Below, piece by piece: positions 60,937-64,000 of a stretch of 64,000 bases of DNA. The number at the start of each line of letters is the position of its first letter. Position 1 is the stretch's first letter. Position numbers and translations under genes: made by a program. The notes beneath the pieces are model-generated. The model had not been told where the DNA came from and made no database searches. It saw only the letters and a list, made by a program, of their open reading frames with translations. The DNA comes from Desulfatiglandales bacterium. Its GTDB lineage: Bacteria > Desulfobacterota > DSM-4660 > Desulfatiglandales > HGW-15. The stretch lies in the NCBI GenBank assembly GCA_963667015.2, contig CAXXJJ010000004.1:1664001-1728000 (forward strand), read 5' to 3'.

Positions 60937-62298
60937 ATGAGTGATTCATCTAATAATATACTCTGGACAGCATCCGACATTGCTATTCCTGAAGATATAT
61001 GGAAACGGCTGGAGGATCGCGGCTTCAAGGTTCTGATGTCCGATAAGAGTATGGATGTAAATGAAAAGATTGACAGTCTTTCACCACGCCTGTGGGTCGG
61101 TCAGATAAATGGAAATTCCGAATCCGTACTTACACAGTTAAAGGATATTAAAGGTAAAAAGCCCCTTCTTCCGGTTATCCTGATCGCACTTCATTCAAAT
61201 GTTGAAGATGCGATAAACGCTATTAAACTGGGGGCATTCGAATACCTTAACGGCAAATCTTCGTCGGAAAAATTATGGGCTACCCTTGAGGCGGCACTTG
61301 ATGATTATTATGTCCCTTCGACTCCCCAGCTCAACAGGACAAAACCGGAAAACAAAAAGAAAAAACTCATAGCCACACACCCTTCCATGGAAAAACTTCT
61401 TCAGATGGCAAAAAAGATAGCACCCAGCCGCTCTACTGTTTTAATAAGGGGTGAAACAGGGGTAGGAAAAGAGGTAATGGCCAGGTATATCCATGAAAAC
61501 AGTGACAGGAAGGACAATCCTTTTATCGCTGTAAACTGTGCCGCGCTTCCCGAAAACCTGCTGGAGAGCGAGCTGTTCGGTCATGAGAAGGGCGCTTTCA
61601 CCGGTGCAGTAAACCGGAAAAAAGGTAAGTTTGAACTTGCAAGCGGGGGTACTCTTCTTCTTGATGAGATAAGTGAAATGGCCGTCTCTATCCAGGCAAA
61701 ATTACTTCGGGTGCTGCAGGAGAGAGAAATCGACAGGGTTGGCGGCCAGTATACGATCCCAGTTGATACAAGGGTTATCGCAACAACCAACAGAGAACTT
61801 GAAGATGAGATCAAAGAAGGTAATTTCCGGAGTGATCTTTATTACAGACTCAATGTAGTCCCGCTGCTGCTCCCTCCGCTGCGGGAAAGGGCTGATGATA
61901 TAGGCCCCCTTGGAGAGTTTTTTCTGGAAAAGCACTGCAGTCTTAATAACGTTCCTTTGAAAAAACTTGCACCCGATGCCATCTCATATCTTAAAACTAA
62001 AGAATGGCCTGGAAATATCAGGGAATTTGAAAACCTGATAGAAAGATCTACTCTTCTGGTTGACTCGGAAAAAATTTCCGCCTCAGATCTTGAAATGATC
62101 TTCGGTCCGGGAGATCAGTCTCCACCCGCGGCAGGTATTAATCATTCACTCATTCCATTGAGAGAAATGGAAAAAAAGATGATTATGAAGGCACTGGATG
62201 ATCACAAGGGAAATCGGACACATGCAGCTAAAATACTTGGTATCAGCGTACGAACACTCAGAAACAAGCTCCATGAGTATGAAGATGATATGCCCTGA
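60937..62298 (+). CDS. Sigma54-dependent activator, FlbD/FleR-like, with degenerate receiver domain
   Basis: GETGVGKE, GAFTGA, WPGNIRE, HTH GNRTHAAKILGISVRTLRNKL. The N-terminal domain lacks the acidic pocket and phospho-Asp. Confidence 0.88.
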   Translation: MSDSSNNILWTASDIAIPEDIWKRLEDRGFKVLMSDKSMDVNEKIDSLSPRLWVGQINGNSESVLTQLKDIKGKKPLLPVILIALHSNVEDAINAIKLGAFEYLNGKSSSEKLWATLEAALDDYYVPSTPQLNRTKPENKKKKLIATHPSMEKLLQMAKKIAPSRSTVLIRGETGVGKEVMARYIHENSDRKDNPFIAVNCAALPENLLESELFGHEKGAFTGAVNRKKGKFELASGGTLLLDEISEMAVSIQAKLLRVLQEREIDRVGGQYTIPVDTRVIATTNRELEDEIKEGNFRSDLYYRLNVVPLLLPPLRERADDIGPLGEFFLEKHCSLNNVPLKKLAPDAISYLKTKEWPGNIREFENLIERSTLLVDSEKISASDLEMIFGPGDQSPPAAGINHSLIPLREMEKKMIMKALDDHKGNRTHAAKILGISVRTLRNKLHEYEDDMP

Positions 62299-62319
62299 TT
62301 CTGAAAAACCCTTTTTAAC

Positions 62320-62588
62320 GTCAATTTTTCGACACATTTTTTATTGTTTTTAAGCCAAAAACCTGCCGGATTTTTGTCACTCTTACTTTATCGTTAATTA
62401 AATTCTTTGATTCTTTTAAGAAACAGGGAAACACGCAAAACTGGATTCATTATATTTTAATCTTACATATCAACAGGTTACATTAATCCAATAACTCAAC
62501 CGGAGAAAATCATATTTTCAGGCAAAAGGTCCTAGTTTATTATTTTTCGGAGATAAATAAGACATCCCTGATTGGTATCTCTTTTGCA
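62320..62588 (+). promoter_or_regulatory. flgB regulatory region: activator box, IHF site, sigma54 promoter
   Basis: GTCAATTTTTCGAC (62320-33), TATCAACAGGTTA matching WATCAANNNNTTR (62468-80), TGGTATCTCTTTTGCA (62573-88). Confidence 0.72.
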
Positions 62589-62618
62589 AGCAATGTATAT
62601 ATAAAAAAAGGAGGCCAT

Positions 62619-63038
62619 ATGGATAAAATACTTACCGGACAAAACATGTTTATGGACAGGACTTCAAAACTCCTCTCAAAGGTACTTGATTTCCGGGCAG
62701 TCAGGCAGAATGTAATCTCAGCCAATCTCGCCAATTCCGAAACTCCAGGATTCATCCAGAAAGAATTTCCCTTTGAGCAGGAACTCCAGAAGGCCTTTGA
62801 TAAAAGCAGTATAAAAATGGAAAAATCCGATCCGGATCACCTCTCGGTCAGTGAGCACATTATGGAAAACAGTTTTGATCCATACAGGCTTATAAGAGAA
62901 TATGGAAAACCGAATGAGCTTAACATTGATACGGAAATGGCAAAAATGGCCCAGAACAATCTTATGTATGAAGCATCAACCCGCCTGCTTTCAAAGAAGT
63001 TTGAACTCTTGAAGGCAGTTATTGATTCAAGGAGGTAA
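62619..63038 (+). CDS. flgB: Flagellar basal-body rod protein FlgB
   Basis: RQNVISANLANSETPGF, IDTEMAKMAQNNLMYEA. Confidence 0.94.
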   Translation: MDKILTGQNMFMDRTSKLLSKVLDFRAVRQNVISANLANSETPGFIQKEFPFEQELQKAFDKSSIKMEKSDPDHLSVSEHIMENSFDPYRLIREYGKPNELNIDTEMAKMAQNNLMYEASTRLLSKKFELLKAVIDSRR

Positions 63039-63041
63039 GAA

Positions 63042-63479
63042 ATGGATTTATTAAAATGTATGGATATAGCCGCAAGCGGAATGACTGCCCAGAGAACAAG
63101 GCTGAATGTTATATCCATGAACCTTGCAAATGCCAACACTACCAAGACAGAAGACGGGACACCCTACAGAAGAAAAACAGCCATATTCCGGACTGTTCCA
63201 ATAACAACTTCATTTGAAGATCAATTAACAAATTCAATCGATAATCAAATTTCTTCGGTTGAGGTTACAAAGATAGCCTCTGTTCCCGGAGAACTTAAAA
63301 AGATATTTGATCCTTCACATCCGGATGCAGATGAAACCGGTTACCTCTATCTCCCCAATGTAAACCTGGTTGAAGAAATGGTCCAGATGCTTAACGCCAA
63401 CAGGTCTTACGAAGCCAATGCCTCGGCAATAAAGGCGGCCAAGGATATGGCCATCAAGGCCCTTGAAATAGGCAGATAG
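63042..63479 (+). CDS. flgC: Flagellar basal-body rod protein FlgC
   Basis: ASGMTAQRTRLNVISMNLANANTT, PYRRK, DPSHPDAD, PNVN, RSYEAN. Confidence 0.96.
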   Translation: MDLLKCMDIAASGMTAQRTRLNVISMNLANANTTKTEDGTPYRRKTAIFRTVPITTSFEDQLTNSIDNQISSVEVTKIASVPGELKKIFDPSHPDADETGYLYLPNVNLVEEMVQMLNANRSYEANASAIKAAKDMAIKALEIGR

Positions 63480-63490
63480 GGAGGAATCAC

Positions 63491-63793
63491 ATGGTTCAAC
63501 CGGGAGAAATTCAGGGAAATTACGGAAACTTTTTTAACTCGCCCCAAACTAACAAAGCAGAAAAGAATACCGGCAATTCCTTTCAACACACGCTGGCTGA
63601 ATTGGTGAGTGGCGTAGATAATCAGATAAAGGAATCAGATCAGCTGACGGAAGACTTTGCAATGGGCAAGAACAATAATCTCCATGAAGTGATGATCGCA
63701 TCAGAAAAAGCCGGAATATCCCTTAAATTTTTATTACAGATAAGAAATAAACTGCTTGATGCCTACCAGGAAATCATGAGGATGAGTTTTTAA
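63491..63793 (+). CDS. fliE: Flagellar hook-basal body protein FliE
   Basis: LHEVMIASEKA, IRNKLLDAYQEIMRM. Confidence 0.95.
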   Translation: MVQPGEIQGNYGNFFNSPQTNKAEKNTGNSFQHTLAELVSGVDNQIKESDQLTEDFAMGKNNNLHEVMIASEKAGISLKFLLQIRNKLLDAYQEIMRMSF

Positions 63794-63843
63794 ATCAGGC
63801 ATAAGCTTACTTTTTATGAATCAGGACTAGAACAGGAGCAAAT

Positions 63844-64000
63844 ATGGCGGAAGGTGTCGGGAACATAATAGAGGTCTTCAAGGCAATACCTGCCGGGAAA
63901 CGGATTTCTTTTTTAATAACATTCGTTATTGTTGTAGGCGGTTTTGTCGCGCTGTTGACATATACTAACCGGCCGAATTATATGGCACTGTTCACTGATA
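63844..64000 (+). CDS. fliF: Flagellar M-ring protein FliF, 5' fragment cut by the window end
   Basis: AGGAG RBS; MAEGVGNIIEVFKAIPAGKRISFLITFVIVVGGFVALLTYTNRPNYMALFTD (TM helix, then P.Y..LF); follows fliE. Confidence 0.85.
   Translation, partial: MAEGVGNIIEVFKAIPAGKRISFLITFVIVVGGFVALLTYTNRPNYMALFTD

Noticed and set aside
287..63589. Many 60-220 aa ORFs antisense to or nested in recognised genes (e.g. 8270-8812, 17424-17876, 21041-21706, 26063-26704)
   Set aside because: They overlap well-supported genes and show no family motifs; treated as shadow frames.

Overview
This window is bacterial chromosomal DNA, about 40% GC by eye, most likely Desulfobacterota (deltaproteobacterial) from gene order and content. 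From 1 to 15.7 kb it is accessory: two secreted FG-GAP-repeat proteins, an IclR/MFS/cupin module, a short Rho-like gene, a fused indolepyruvate:ferredoxin oxidoreductase with an ADP-forming acyl-CoA synthetase and FadR-type regulator, an Fe-S aldo/keto reductase and a Tat-exported flavodoxin. From 15.7 to 33.3 kb is the conserved housekeeping block (murJ, rpsT, holA, lptE, leuS, nusB, rib genes, nrdR, glyA, rpiB, fabF, acpP, fabG, plsX, rpmF, yceD). Next come flgM and a FleQ-like activator, two paralogous cytoplasmic GAF-PAS repeat histidine kinases (1060 and 1953 aa), small catabolic and redox genes, maeB, a CDF transporter, a MORN lipoprotein and the start of the flagellar basal-body cluster (flgB, flgC, fliE, partial fliF). 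The best candidate for something new is missing from the ORF track: a 148-codon frame at 6270-6716 (+) with a good RBS, one in-frame UGA at codon 56 and a SECIS-like hairpin after it. It may be an unrecognised selenoprotein and lies 23 nt upstream of a Rho variant lacking the N-terminal helical bundle. I saw no rRNA, tRNA, CRISPR array or transposase. All family calls come from reading motifs by eye, not from database searches.
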